Below, one piece after another: positions 1 to 9,500 of a stretch of DNA of 64,000 bases. The stretch's first letter is position 1. Each line of letters opens with the position of its first letter. Source of the DNA: Bdellovibrio sp. GTDB lineage: Bacteria; Bdellovibrionota; Bdellovibrionia; Bdellovibrionales; Bdellovibrionaceae. The notes beneath the pieces were generated by a model, which searched no databases, had not been told where the DNA came from, and was given only the letters and a program-made list of their open reading frames with translations. The stretch spans positions 256,001 to 320,000 of the forward strand of contig JAKFBS010000002.1 in assembly GCA_036677065.1 (NCBI GenBank), in the 5' to 3' direction. A program made the position numbers and the translations under genes.

Positions 1-635
1 GTGAAATTACAAAAATCACTCAAGCCGGTGTTGATGCGGGATTATCAAAAGCTGATGTCGAGAAAAAAATGGGCGCTTGCGTGACAATGTCATCATACGC
101 TTCGTTAAAAAATAATATGGAACGTGTATATATGGCGGGCTATTGCTCAAACACTCGCGCTGAAAAAATCGGTAACAAGCACGGTTCTGATTTAGCAGAA
201 AAATCTTTCGAACAAAACTTTGCAGGCTGTGAAGCTAAATGGTCAATGTTGAAACCAGCGTATGACCAGGCTTATAACAAAGCTTCTGCGCAGGCTCATA
301 AAAACAAACAAGATCTTTTCGTAAAAAACACTGGAACTTCAACTTTTATTTTAGATCAAAAAAATCTTTCTGCGAGTTGCCTTATTCCGGTAGATCAATC
401 AATGGTTAAAGTGACAGTGAACAATCCAAATCCTTCACAAACTTTAGTGCAAGGCCAATGGAATTACCAATACTTCGATAAAGACTTTGCAAAAATCGCT
501 GATGATTCAGGAGTCGATGCGGTTTTATTATCGCCGCAATCAAATAAGTCTTTTACAAAAATGACTTTACCAAGAAACGCCAGCTTCTGCAGAGCTGAAT
601 TTGCTGGTGTTGCGCCAACAACAAATATCAAATAA
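1..635 (+). CDS. Hypothetical protein, 5'-truncated by the window edge
   Basis: The frame of ORF 69..635 stays open back to position 3 (EITKITQAGVDAGLSKADVEKKM), so the true start lies upstream. Followed by a terminator. Confidence 0.7.
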   Translation, partial: EITKITQAGVDAGLSKADVEKKMGACVTMSSYASLKNNMERVYMAGYCSNTRAEKIGNKHGSDLAEKSFEQNFAGCEAKWSMLKPAYDQAYNKASAQAHKNKQDLFVKNTGTSTFILDQKNLSASCLIPVDQSMVKVTVNNPNPSQTLVQGQWNYQYFDKDFAKIADDSGVDAVLLSPQSNKSFTKMTLPRNASFCRAEFAGVAPTTNIK

Positions 636-675
636 TTTGTTTTCTATTGTAAACAAATTCTCAGATTGAGACAGT

Positions 676-714
676 AAAAAAAATCGTCAAGGCACAAACC
701 TTGGCGATTTTTTT
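676..714 (+). terminator. Intrinsic terminator
   Basis: A-run, aatcgtcaagg-cacaaa-ccttggcgatt hairpin, then T-run. Confidence 0.8.
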
Positions 715-754
715 ATTTTGGCTCAATTTATTTGATCTGGTTGCAGTGGTTACT

Positions 755-782
755 TAAATATTTATGGCATTAATCCCGATAA
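755..782 (+). promoter_or_regulatory. Sigma28/FliA-like promoter of adhesin 1
   Basis: TAAA-N16-CCCGATAA, 7 nt before the GTG at 790; same geometry at 6564 and 52402. Confidence 0.65.
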
Positions 783-789
783 GAAAGGG

Positions 790-3700
790 GTGAATTGTGT
801 ACGTGCGCAGGCGAAAAATCTGAACCATTTTAGTATTATTCTATTTGTATTTATTATTTTAAATACGTTATCTGCCTTTGCTGGCCCTGCCAATACCACA
901 TACCAGGCTAAAATTATTAAACCTGATGGCCTTCCTCTTGAAGCGTCTAGTGTGAATTTTAAATTCACGATTTTAAATCCAGCTGGCACATGTATTCTTT
1001 ATGCTGAAACTTATTCAGCGGTGAACATGTCAGGGGCGGGTGGATTAATTTCTTTTGCTTTAGGCAGTGGTGTTAAAACTTATCCGGTATCTGCCACAAC
1101 TTTTGAACAAGTTTTTTCAAATGTCACTCCAAGTTTATCTTGCGATGCCGGCGGACCGCCAGCGTATTCGCCTTTAGCTGCTGATGCTCGAAAAATTGTT
1201 ATGCAGTTTCATGACGGCAGTGGGTGGCAAACCTTGCCTGCAATGAATGTCAATGCTGTGCCGTATGCAATGTACGCGAATGAAGCGCAAAAGATTTCTG
1301 GACTTCCAACGTGTAATCCTGGCGAAGCCTTATCTTACAACGGTGTGACTTTTACTTGTGAGACGATCAGTGGTGTAACTTCTTCGACGATCACTACAGC
1401 TTTAGGTTATACGCCTGCTGATAACGCGGATATCGTAAATATGACTTCAAATGTTTCTAGTGTTTCAACAACTGTGTTTTCTGTTTCTTCGACAGTTGCG
1501 GGCTTAACAAATTCTGTTTCAACTTTAGCGAACACTGTGGCAGCTTCGTTTTCGGCAATCACCAGTTCGCAGTGGTTATCTAGCGGCACAACAATTAATT
1601 ATTCTTCTGGTAATGTTGGTATTGGTACGGCTGCGCCGATGGCGAAGTTACATCTAGCCGATAATATAGCGACCATTATTATTTTAGATGGTTCACTTAA
1701 TTCAACAGGCGCCCCAGGATATGCAACACGTAAGTCACGTGGTACTATCGCTTCTCCGACCGCAGTTTTGCAAAACGATTACATCGGAACTTTTGGTGCC
1801 AGAGGATATGGAACCACCGGGTATTCGGCATCGACAAAAGGATTGATCGGAATCAGAACAACAGAAAATTGGACAGACTTAGCGCAAGGAACGGCCATAG
1901 TATTTGAAACTACTGCCGTTAGTTCAACAACACGTTTAGAACAAATGCGCATTGATGGCGCAGGCAATGTGGGAATTGGTCTATCGTCGCCAGAAGCTAA
2001 ATTACACATCGCTGCTGGCACATCAGCAACGACAGCTTTTAAACTAACTTCAGGAACACTACTTACAACCCCGACATCGGGTGCGGTTGAGTATGATGGT
2101 TTTAATTTATATTACACAGATGGAACGAACACTCGCCGTACACTGGCAACAGATGCAAGCGCTGTGACATCGTCTGCGATTACCTCAGCGCTAGGTTACA
2201 CGCCTGCAAATAGTTCAGTGGTGGCCTCTCTTGCAGCTACCGTTTCTGGAATTGCTGCCACACAGTGGGCGACATCTGGCACAACCATAAATTATGCAAA
2301 CAATGTCGGTATCGGAACTGTGAATCCAACTTCAGCATTGCAAGTTTCTGGTACGGCGCAAATTTCTGGGCAAATGTTACTTGGTAAAAATCCTGCGACG
2401 GGCGGGTTTTTTAATTTTGGTCCACTGCTTGGTGATAATGTGGCTTACAGCGGGCCTTTCTTTTTGCAAGAGACAATAACTGATCTTTCTGCGGCTCACA
2501 CTATAGGACATGGCGTATCGATTAAATTAAATGGAAGCGCGAACAGCACCGGTTTAGTTTTTAATGGATTAAATTTTTTACAAGTGCAGTCAGGTAGTAC
2601 CGTCAATTATGGAAGTTTGTTTGGTGATTTGGGTATTGTTGAGCATGATGGAAGCGGAAGCGCTTCAGATATGACAGGCATGAGTGCCTTAGCTCTGAAA
2701 AGCGGATCAGGCTCAGTGTTTTCGGTTCAAGCGATGAATGGACGCTCTTATATTTACGGTGGATCAGTCACCAATGCCTACGGTGCTTTCTTCGGTGCGG
2801 CAAATGCTGGCGGAAACATTACTAACAACTATGGGGTATGGATTGATTCAGCAATAAATACTGGGGCCGTCGCAAATAATTATGGTTTGTATATTAATGA
2901 TCAAAATTTCGTAACAGCATCACAAACATATAATATTTATTCTGCGGGCTCTAATAGTAGAAACGCTTTCATGGGATTTGTAGGTATTGGCACCGCAGCA
3001 CCAAATGCGAGATTGCATCTGACGGCAGGCACTGCTTCATATGCTCCATTAAAATTGACCAGCGGTACTCTCTTAACAACACCTGCCTCAGGGGCGATCG
3101 AATATGATGGCTTTAATTTATATTATACCGATGGCAGCAACACTCGTCGCACAATTGCCACGGGCTCTGGTGTAACATCAGCTGCGATTGTTTCAGCGCT
3201 TGGCTATACTCCGGCAAACAGTGCAACGGTTGCAACACTTTCATCGACAGTAACAAGCTTAGCGGCGACAGTGTCTGGTGTTGTATCTTCGCAGTGGGCA
3301 ACAAGTGGTACTGCAATTAATTATTTATCAGGAAATGTGGGTGTTGGATTAACAAATCCAGCGCAAGCTCTCGACGTGAGCGGAACTGTTAAGGCTACAA
3401 AATTTTATGCCGGTGATGGCGCATTTAATAATCCATCTATTGCGTTTACAAATAGTTCAAACACTGGGTTTTACAATGCCGGTGGCAGCCTTGGTATTTC
3501 TGTTGGTGGTGGGCTTAAAGGTACATGGTCTTCTGGTAGCTTAAGCTTTAATGCCGGCGGCGCTGGTCCACAAATTTATTTTACGGGCGGTAATGCCGCT
3601 CAACCATCTTACGCGTTTAATGTGGATTCTGATACAGGAATGTTTAATCCGAATTCTTCAGGTGGCAGTAACGAATTAGGTTTTTCAACTTCAGGAACAG

Positions 3701-5781
3701 AAAAAGTTCGTATTACTTCAGCAGGTAGTGTCGGGATTGGGACAACTACGCCAGACAGTGCACTAACAATTAATTCGAATAACACTAAAACAACTTTGCA
3801 TCTTACAGCTATGGGTGGTGGCGGATATCTTAGTGCTCGCGGTAATACCTCTCAGCTAGATGTGTTTGGTGGCTATGAATATGACTTGGCTGCAGCTAAT
3901 TACAAGGCTCGTGCAACAGCCGCTGCCGGCGTTGAGTTCAATGCCGGCACTTTTCGCGCATACACCAATTCAGGTCTAACAAGTGGAAACACATTCACTC
4001 CTACGGAACGCCTGCGTATCGATACAAGCGGTAATGTCGGTATAGGAACTACAGGGCCAACTGCTAAATTGCACGTGCGCCAGTTAGCTTCTGAATCACC
4101 GTTTAGTGTAGATAAAGCCGATGGTACAAATGTTATGAACGTGGATTGGGCGGGTCGTATTACGATGGATACAAACGTAAATTCGACGGTTCCGATGTTA
4201 ACTGTGGGTAATGGAAATTTCGGCGGTCGTTTGCTTGTATTAAATGGTAAGTCCGGTAATACAAGCAATCTTCTTGAAGCTAAACACAACAGCGCGGATA
4301 AATTTGTTGTTACCTACACGGGCGCAACAGGTATTGGCACAAGTGCGCCAACAACAGCGTTACATATTGTAACTAGTGGCGCGGGCACGGCAAGAGGGCT
4401 ACGCATTAATTCAACAGGCACAGGAAACAGCATTTTTGCTGAAGCGCAGTTTGCCACGGATGCACGTGAATTTCGTATTGGTGTGGGCGGTGCTTCGGAG
4501 ACAACATACAACGTGCCTGGAAAATTTTATCTTTTTGATAACAACGCCAATGCGATGCGCATGGTTGTTGATTCAAGTGGTCATGTCGGTGTTGGCACAA
4601 CAACTCCAGCTTATAAATTTTCGCTTTATGAAGGCGCGGGAAATGTTATCACCAATGTCGAAAGTGGTAACAATGGTTCAGCCGCATACACACGTACAAC
4701 CGGAAAAACTTCTGGTGGGGTTACGCGCACGATGGGGTCTGGTTTAAATATCAGCGATAGTAATGGTAATTTTGAACTTTACGATTTTACCGCAGGCGCA
4801 TCACGGCTTTATGTGAATGCTGCAGGTAATGTCGGCGTCGGCACAACTGCACCATCAAATATTCTTTCTGTGGGTTCAGATTTAGGTTCAATGGTAAATT
4901 CTTCGGGCACAATAACTCTTGGAAGTGCAAATACAAATACTCTATTTACCTTAGGGCAAGATGCGACCAATCGTGGACGCATCAGATGGAATTATAACTC
5001 TACACCAGCAAATGCCTTTATGTCGGTCGGTTCAAACGTTGGCCAGGCTTTAGTTTTACAAGATAACGGTGGTAATGTCGGTATTGGTACAACGTCGCCG
5101 ACAAATACACTTTCAATTGTTGGTTCAGAAAAACAAATTTATATTCGCGACTCTGATGATCCAACCGGAGTATGGGCGATTGGTACAATCGGTGCGGATA
5201 ATAAAAATTTAAATTTCATTGATGATAATGCCAATGTGCGAATGACGCTGACTGAAGCTGGCGCATTGGGGGTCGGAACGTCATCGCCAACTTATAGATT
5301 AGATGTTGCTGGCGATATCCGAATTACCGGTACACCTTACCGTAATGGCGGAGATTCAGCCTGGATCGTGCCTTCGGATGCACGCCTTAAAGATGTGGTT
5401 TCAACTTATGATCGTGGTTTACGTGAAATCGCTAATATTGATACGATTATTTTTAATTATAAAAAAGATAATCCAAAACAAATTGATTCGTCAGTGAAAT
5501 ACACAGGAGTGCTGGCGCAACAAGTACAGCAGCAAATTCCTGAGGCTGTTAAAGTTGAAAAAGATGGATTTTTATCGCTGAACACCACGCCAATATTTTG
5601 GGCGATGATTAATGCGATTAAAGAGCTATATCATGACGTCTTAGGAATTAAGGCAGAAAATGCTCAGCTTAAAGCGCAAAGCATCGAGCAAGCGCGCAAG
5701 ATCCAAAGTCTTGAATCCGAAAATGCAGCTGTTAAGGCGCGCTTGGAGCGTATTGAAAAAGCTCTTGAAAAAACAAAATAA
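790..5781 (+). CDS. Large trimeric fibre adhesin (MAT-like, phage tail-fibre-like) with C-terminal peptidase S74 intramolecular chaperone
   Basis: Signal peptide (SAFA|G), about 12 GNVGIGT-type repeats, three LGYTPA motifs, SDARLK autocleavage motif at 5374, C-terminal coiled coil. Confidence 0.88.
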   Translation: MNCVRAQAKNLNHFSIILFVFIILNTLSAFAGPANTTYQAKIIKPDGLPLEASSVNFKFTILNPAGTCILYAETYSAVNMSGAGGLISFALGSGVKTYPVSATTFEQVFSNVTPSLSCDAGGPPAYSPLAADARKIVMQFHDGSGWQTLPAMNVNAVPYAMYANEAQKISGLPTCNPGEALSYNGVTFTCETISGVTSSTITTALGYTPADNADIVNMTSNVSSVSTTVFSVSSTVAGLTNSVSTLANTVAASFSAITSSQWLSSGTTINYSSGNVGIGTAAPMAKLHLADNIATIIILDGSLNSTGAPGYATRKSRGTIASPTAVLQNDYIGTFGARGYGTTGYSASTKGLIGIRTTENWTDLAQGTAIVFETTAVSSTTRLEQMRIDGAGNVGIGLSSPEAKLHIAAGTSATTAFKLTSGTLLTTPTSGAVEYDGFNLYYTDGTNTRRTLATDASAVTSSAITSALGYTPANSSVVASLAATVSGIAATQWATSGTTINYANNVGIGTVNPTSALQVSGTAQISGQMLLGKNPATGGFFNFGPLLGDNVAYSGPFFLQETITDLSAAHTIGHGVSIKLNGSANSTGLVFNGLNFLQVQSGSTVNYGSLFGDLGIVEHDGSGSASDMTGMSALALKSGSGSVFSVQAMNGRSYIYGGSVTNAYGAFFGAANAGGNITNNYGVWIDSAINTGAVANNYGLYINDQNFVTASQTYNIYSAGSNSRNAFMGFVGIGTAAPNARLHLTAGTASYAPLKLTSGTLLTTPASGAIEYDGFNLYYTDGSNTRRTIATGSGVTSAAIVSALGYTPANSATVATLSSTVTSLAATVSGVVSSQWATSGTAINYLSGNVGVGLTNPAQALDVSGTVKATKFYAGDGAFNNPSIAFTNSSNTGFYNAGGSLGISVGGGLKGTWSSGSLSFNAGGAGPQIYFTGGNAAQPSYAFNVDSDTGMFNPNSSGGSNELGFSTSGTEKVRITSAGSVGIGTTTPDSALTINSNNTKTTLHLTAMGGGGYLSARGNTSQLDVFGGYEYDLAAANYKARATAAAGVEFNAGTFRAYTNSGLTSGNTFTPTERLRIDTSGNVGIGTTGPTAKLHVRQLASESPFSVDKADGTNVMNVDWAGRITMDTNVNSTVPMLTVGNGNFGGRLLVLNGKSGNTSNLLEAKHNSADKFVVTYTGATGIGTSAPTTALHIVTSGAGTARGLRINSTGTGNSIFAEAQFATDAREFRIGVGGASETTYNVPGKFYLFDNNANAMRMVVDSSGHVGVGTTTPAYKFSLYEGAGNVITNVESGNNGSAAYTRTTGKTSGGVTRTMGSGLNISDSNGNFELYDFTAGASRLYVNAAGNVGVGTTAPSNILSVGSDLGSMVNSSGTITLGSANTNTLFTLGQDATNRGRIRWNYNSTPANAFMSVGSNVGQALVLQDNGGNVGIGTTSPTNTLSIVGSEKQIYIRDSDDPTGVWAIGTIGADNKNLNFIDDNANVRMTLTEAGALGVGTSSPTYRLDVAGDIRITGTPYRNGGDSAWIVPSDARLKDVVSTYDRGLREIANIDTIIFNYKKDNPKQIDSSVKYTGVLAQQVQQQIPEAVKVEKDGFLSLNTTPIFWAMINAIKELYHDVLGIKAENAQLKAQSIEQARKIQSLESENAAVKARLERIEKALEKTK
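1963..3348 (+). repeat. Internal ~120-codon duplicated module in adhesin 1 (copies at about 1963-2319 and 2974-3348)
   Basis: KLTSGTLLTTP.SGA.EYDGFNLYYTDG.NTRRT.AT...SALGYTPANS...QWATSGT.INY occurs twice; a partial third copy lies at about 8573-8760 in adhesin 2. Confidence 0.85.
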
Positions 5782-5839
5782 ATAATCGTTTTAAGGTATA
5801 GTCTTTGCTTCTTTATGTATCCGCACGTAAGGAGGCATT

Positions 5840-6481
5840 ATGACCATCGCTGATAATCAAGAGACAACCTATTCGACTTCAAATCGTCACGGATTTTTCT
5901 ATACCATGCTGCATGACTTGCGAAAATCGTTGCGCGGCGAAGCTCATACCATTGTTGAAATTCGTCAAGAGATGAATGCGGCTTTGCGCAAACAAACTCA
6001 GCTTATTGAGGTACTTAAAGATCATCATAATTATATCAAAGAATCACTAATAGTTTGTTTAGATCGGGATGCTCGCGATAGTGAAAAACAAATTCATCTG
6101 GATCGGTTGTTAAAATTATTTGAAATGCATGCAAAAGCCGAAGAGCAAACTCTTTATAAGCTGATGATTGCAAGTTCTGAAAAATTACCGCGCGTCGATG
6201 CAAGTCTTGCACAAGATGAGCATGAAATTATTTATCAATTGGCTGATCAGCTGCGTGATATGCATTTTCAATCACTCTGGACAGAAGATGTCGAAGCAAA
6301 ATGTTTAGTTCTTTGTGAATTAATTGTGAATCACTTTAAAAAAGAAGAGTCAGAAATTTTTCCAGTAGCGAAAGATCGCATAAATACAGGCCAGCTAAAT
6401 GACACGGCCTCTGAGTATCTCAATTTATGTGAAAATTATTTAGCTATGAGTGAAATACGAGCTAAGGGTATATTCTTATAA
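5840..6481 (+). CDS. Hemerythrin/HHE cation-binding domain protein
   Basis: DHH...HAKAEE.TLY...EH...HFKKEESEIFP metal-ligand pattern; AAGGAGG RBS. Confidence 0.8.
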   Translation: MTIADNQETTYSTSNRHGFFYTMLHDLRKSLRGEAHTIVEIRQEMNAALRKQTQLIEVLKDHHNYIKESLIVCLDRDARDSEKQIHLDRLLKLFEMHAKAEEQTLYKLMIASSEKLPRVDASLAQDEHEIIYQLADQLRDMHFQSLWTEDVEAKCLVLCELIVNHFKKEESEIFPVAKDRINTGQLNDTASEYLNLCENYLAMSEIRAKGIFL

Positions 6482-6563
6482 GCGTTTTTAACTAGATTTT
6501 AACCGAGGCAGGCGAACTGCCAACAAAGTATTTTTTCATAAGCATTGTGAATGAGAAAATGGT

Positions 6564-6591
6564 TAAACCCATAAACGATTTCTACCGATTC
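6564..6591 (+). promoter_or_regulatory. Sigma28/FliA-like promoter of adhesin 2
   Basis: TAAA-N16-ACCGATTC, 7 nt before the GTG at 6599. Confidence 0.6.
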
Positions 6592-6598
6592 GTACTTT

Positions 6599-9500
6599 GT
6601 GAACCGAACTGCTGGACGTGCACTGTCTCATTTTGCGACTATTATTTTTCTGCTATTTTGCAGCCTGTTTACTTTTGCTGGCCCAGCAAGAACGACTTAT
6701 CAAGCAAAAATTATTAAACCAGATGGCTATCCGCTTGAAGCAGCTAGTGTGAATTTTAAATTCACTATTTTAGATCCGGCGGGTGCGTGTATTTTATATT
6801 CTGAAACTTACTCTTCGGTAAATATGAATTCTACGGGTGGGTTAATTTCTTTTTCATTAGGATCGGGTGTGAAAACCTATCCTGTTTCTAGTCCAACTTT
6901 TGAAGATGTGTTTTCAAATATTTCACCAAGCCTTTCTTGTGATGTTGGTGGTCCTGTGAGTTATTCGCCGTTAGCTACTGATACCAGAAAAATAGTGATG
7001 CAGTTTCATGATGGCAGCGGCTGGCAAACATTGCCTGCAATGAATATCAATGCTGTGCCTTACGCGATGTTTGCAAACGAAGCTTTAACATTAAACGGCA
7101 AAGCTGATTCTGCTTTTGTTGAAGTGGCTAATATTCCCACGTGTTTATCAACTGAAGCGCTTCGCTATAACGGCACAAGCTTTTCGTGCATAACTACATC
7201 CGAAGTTTCAGCAGCGGCTGTAGTGGCTGCCCTTGGGTATACGCCAGCCACCGGCGCAAGTGTTACAGCACTTACATCTTCGTTATCGACAACAGATTCA
7301 TTGTTGTCGCAAGTGTCAGCAACGGTGTTTTCGGTTTCTTCGACAGTATCTTCGTTAGCAAGTTCTGTTTCAGCTCTGACTTCATCACAATGGTTAAGTT
7401 CAGGAACTTCGATCAGCTATGGTGCCGGAAATGTTGGTGTTGGCACCAGTTCGCCAACCAGCCTGTTGCATCTCTATTCTGAATCAGCTGTTTTTCAGCA
7501 GTTATTAATCGATGCAGCTAGAAATAGCGCTGGTTCTTACGGTTTAGTTTTTCAAAAATCGCGTGGTAATACTTCGCTGAGAACACCTTCTTTAAATGGA
7601 GACCGACTTGGAGAGTTAATTTTTCAGGGCTATACAGATGGTTCTTATCCTGGTGAATCAGCAAAAATTCGCGTGACAGCTGCAGAGGCTGCAAGTGCTA
7701 CGGGTGTTGGTGGTCGCATACAATTTATGACGACAGCCGTTGGCGCCTCGGCACCAGTTGAAAGAGTGCGGTTTGAATCTGATGGCCATGTCGGCATAGG
7801 CACAACAACCCCTGTTACTAATTTAGATGTTTCAGGTGGTGTTCGCATCAGTATGGAGCCAGCAGCCTGTGCGGTAAGCTTTGCCGGAACTTTACGTTAT
7901 AATTCAGGGCTTGTAGAATACTGTAATGGAACAGCATGGTCTGCATTTGGTGTGGCGGGGGCAGGTATCACTTTGTTCAATGGCTCGGCATCGGGAACAC
8001 AAAGTTTTGTGACAGGAATTTCTGGAACAAATTTTAATATTAGTTCTGTGAATGGCGTTCATAGTTTTAATATTCCGTTAGCTTCATCAGCAGCGGTGAC
8101 TGCGGGTTTATTGTCAAATGCAGATTATGTGACCTTCAATAGTAAAGTCAGTGCAACTTCGGCTTCAGTGATTACAGCGTTAGGTTACACTCCTGCAAGT
8201 GCGGCAACAGTTGCAACTTTATCCACAAATACGGCGGCTAGCTTTTCTGCCATAACTTCTTCACAGTGGGTAACATCTGGTTCAGAGATTCATTATAATT
8301 CAGGCTATGTAGGAATTGGTGTTTCAGCAGCGCTTTCGCGCCTGACAGTGGCAAACATTACGCCCGATACGCCCATCGTCGCAGAAGGTGCGAATTCGAT
8401 TTCAATTTTTGGTGATGGACACACTTACTTTCAAGGTCGTGATGTCACAAACGGTGTTGAATTCGTTATGGGCACAAGCACTGCAGCCGGTGAAGTTTTT
8501 GCTGGCAGTATGTCGGATCATAGTTTTACTTTACGTACTGGTAATAATCGCCGCATGGTATTTACAGCCAGTGGCGCAATCGGCGTTGGAATCACTTCTC
8601 CGACAGCTAAACTTCATATTGGCGCAGGCAGCAGCACGCTGCCGTCTTTAAAACTGACTTCAAGTACATTAGTGCCTTCGCCGCAGGCGGGTAGCATAGA
8701 GTATGATGGTTTTAATTTTTTTATTACTGATGGATCCGACACTCGTCGAGCCATTGCTTCGGATGATAATGCAAACTTTACCGCAGGTCATATCGTAGCT
8801 TCTGGCAGCTTAAATTTAACTAACAGTGCCAATTTATATTTAACAGCCACAGCTTCAGATGTTGGCGATATTATTTTTCAAGAAGCCAGTGGCACACAAA
8901 AAGGTCGTATCTGGTCAAATCCTTCAGCTGTCGGGTTATTTTTAAGCTCGGGAGATACCACTCCTGATATTACGATTAATGCGGCAGGAAATGTTGGTAT
9001 TGGCACGCAGACTCCGACTGAAAAATTAGAAGTCAGTGGCGCTATTAAAGTTCCGGGTGTTGGTCAGATTGGTCCAGCGGGTGGTTTTGGATACGCCATG
9101 TATACAACAGGCACAAATAATTTTATTGGTCAGATGTATGGTGCGGCCAGTGGCATTCAATTCACCAACAGTGTTGGCTCGAACACATTTTTTATCAGCG
9201 AAAACGGTCGGACGGGACTTGGAACAAGTTCTCCAGCGGCACTTTTAAATCTTGTGGGCACAGATGCGTATAATAATTTACTTATCGATTCACCAAATTA
9301 TTCAGCGCTGACGGCGCGTGGCGGGGCCACATCTGGTTGGCCACTGGTGCAGTTAAGTCACCAAGGGGTTGGTGGAAAAAGCTGGAATATCGAAGCTGGC
9401 CGCCACTCAGCAAATAGTTTTGGAATTTATGATACAGCTTCAGGAGTAACACGTTTTTCTATTTCTTCAGTCGGAAATATCGGTATCGGCACAGTGGCGC

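Noticed and set aside
6505..6540. ggcag-gcgaa-ctgcc hairpin as hemerythrin terminator
   Set aside because: Only a 5-bp stem and the T-run is not adjacent. Too weak to call.
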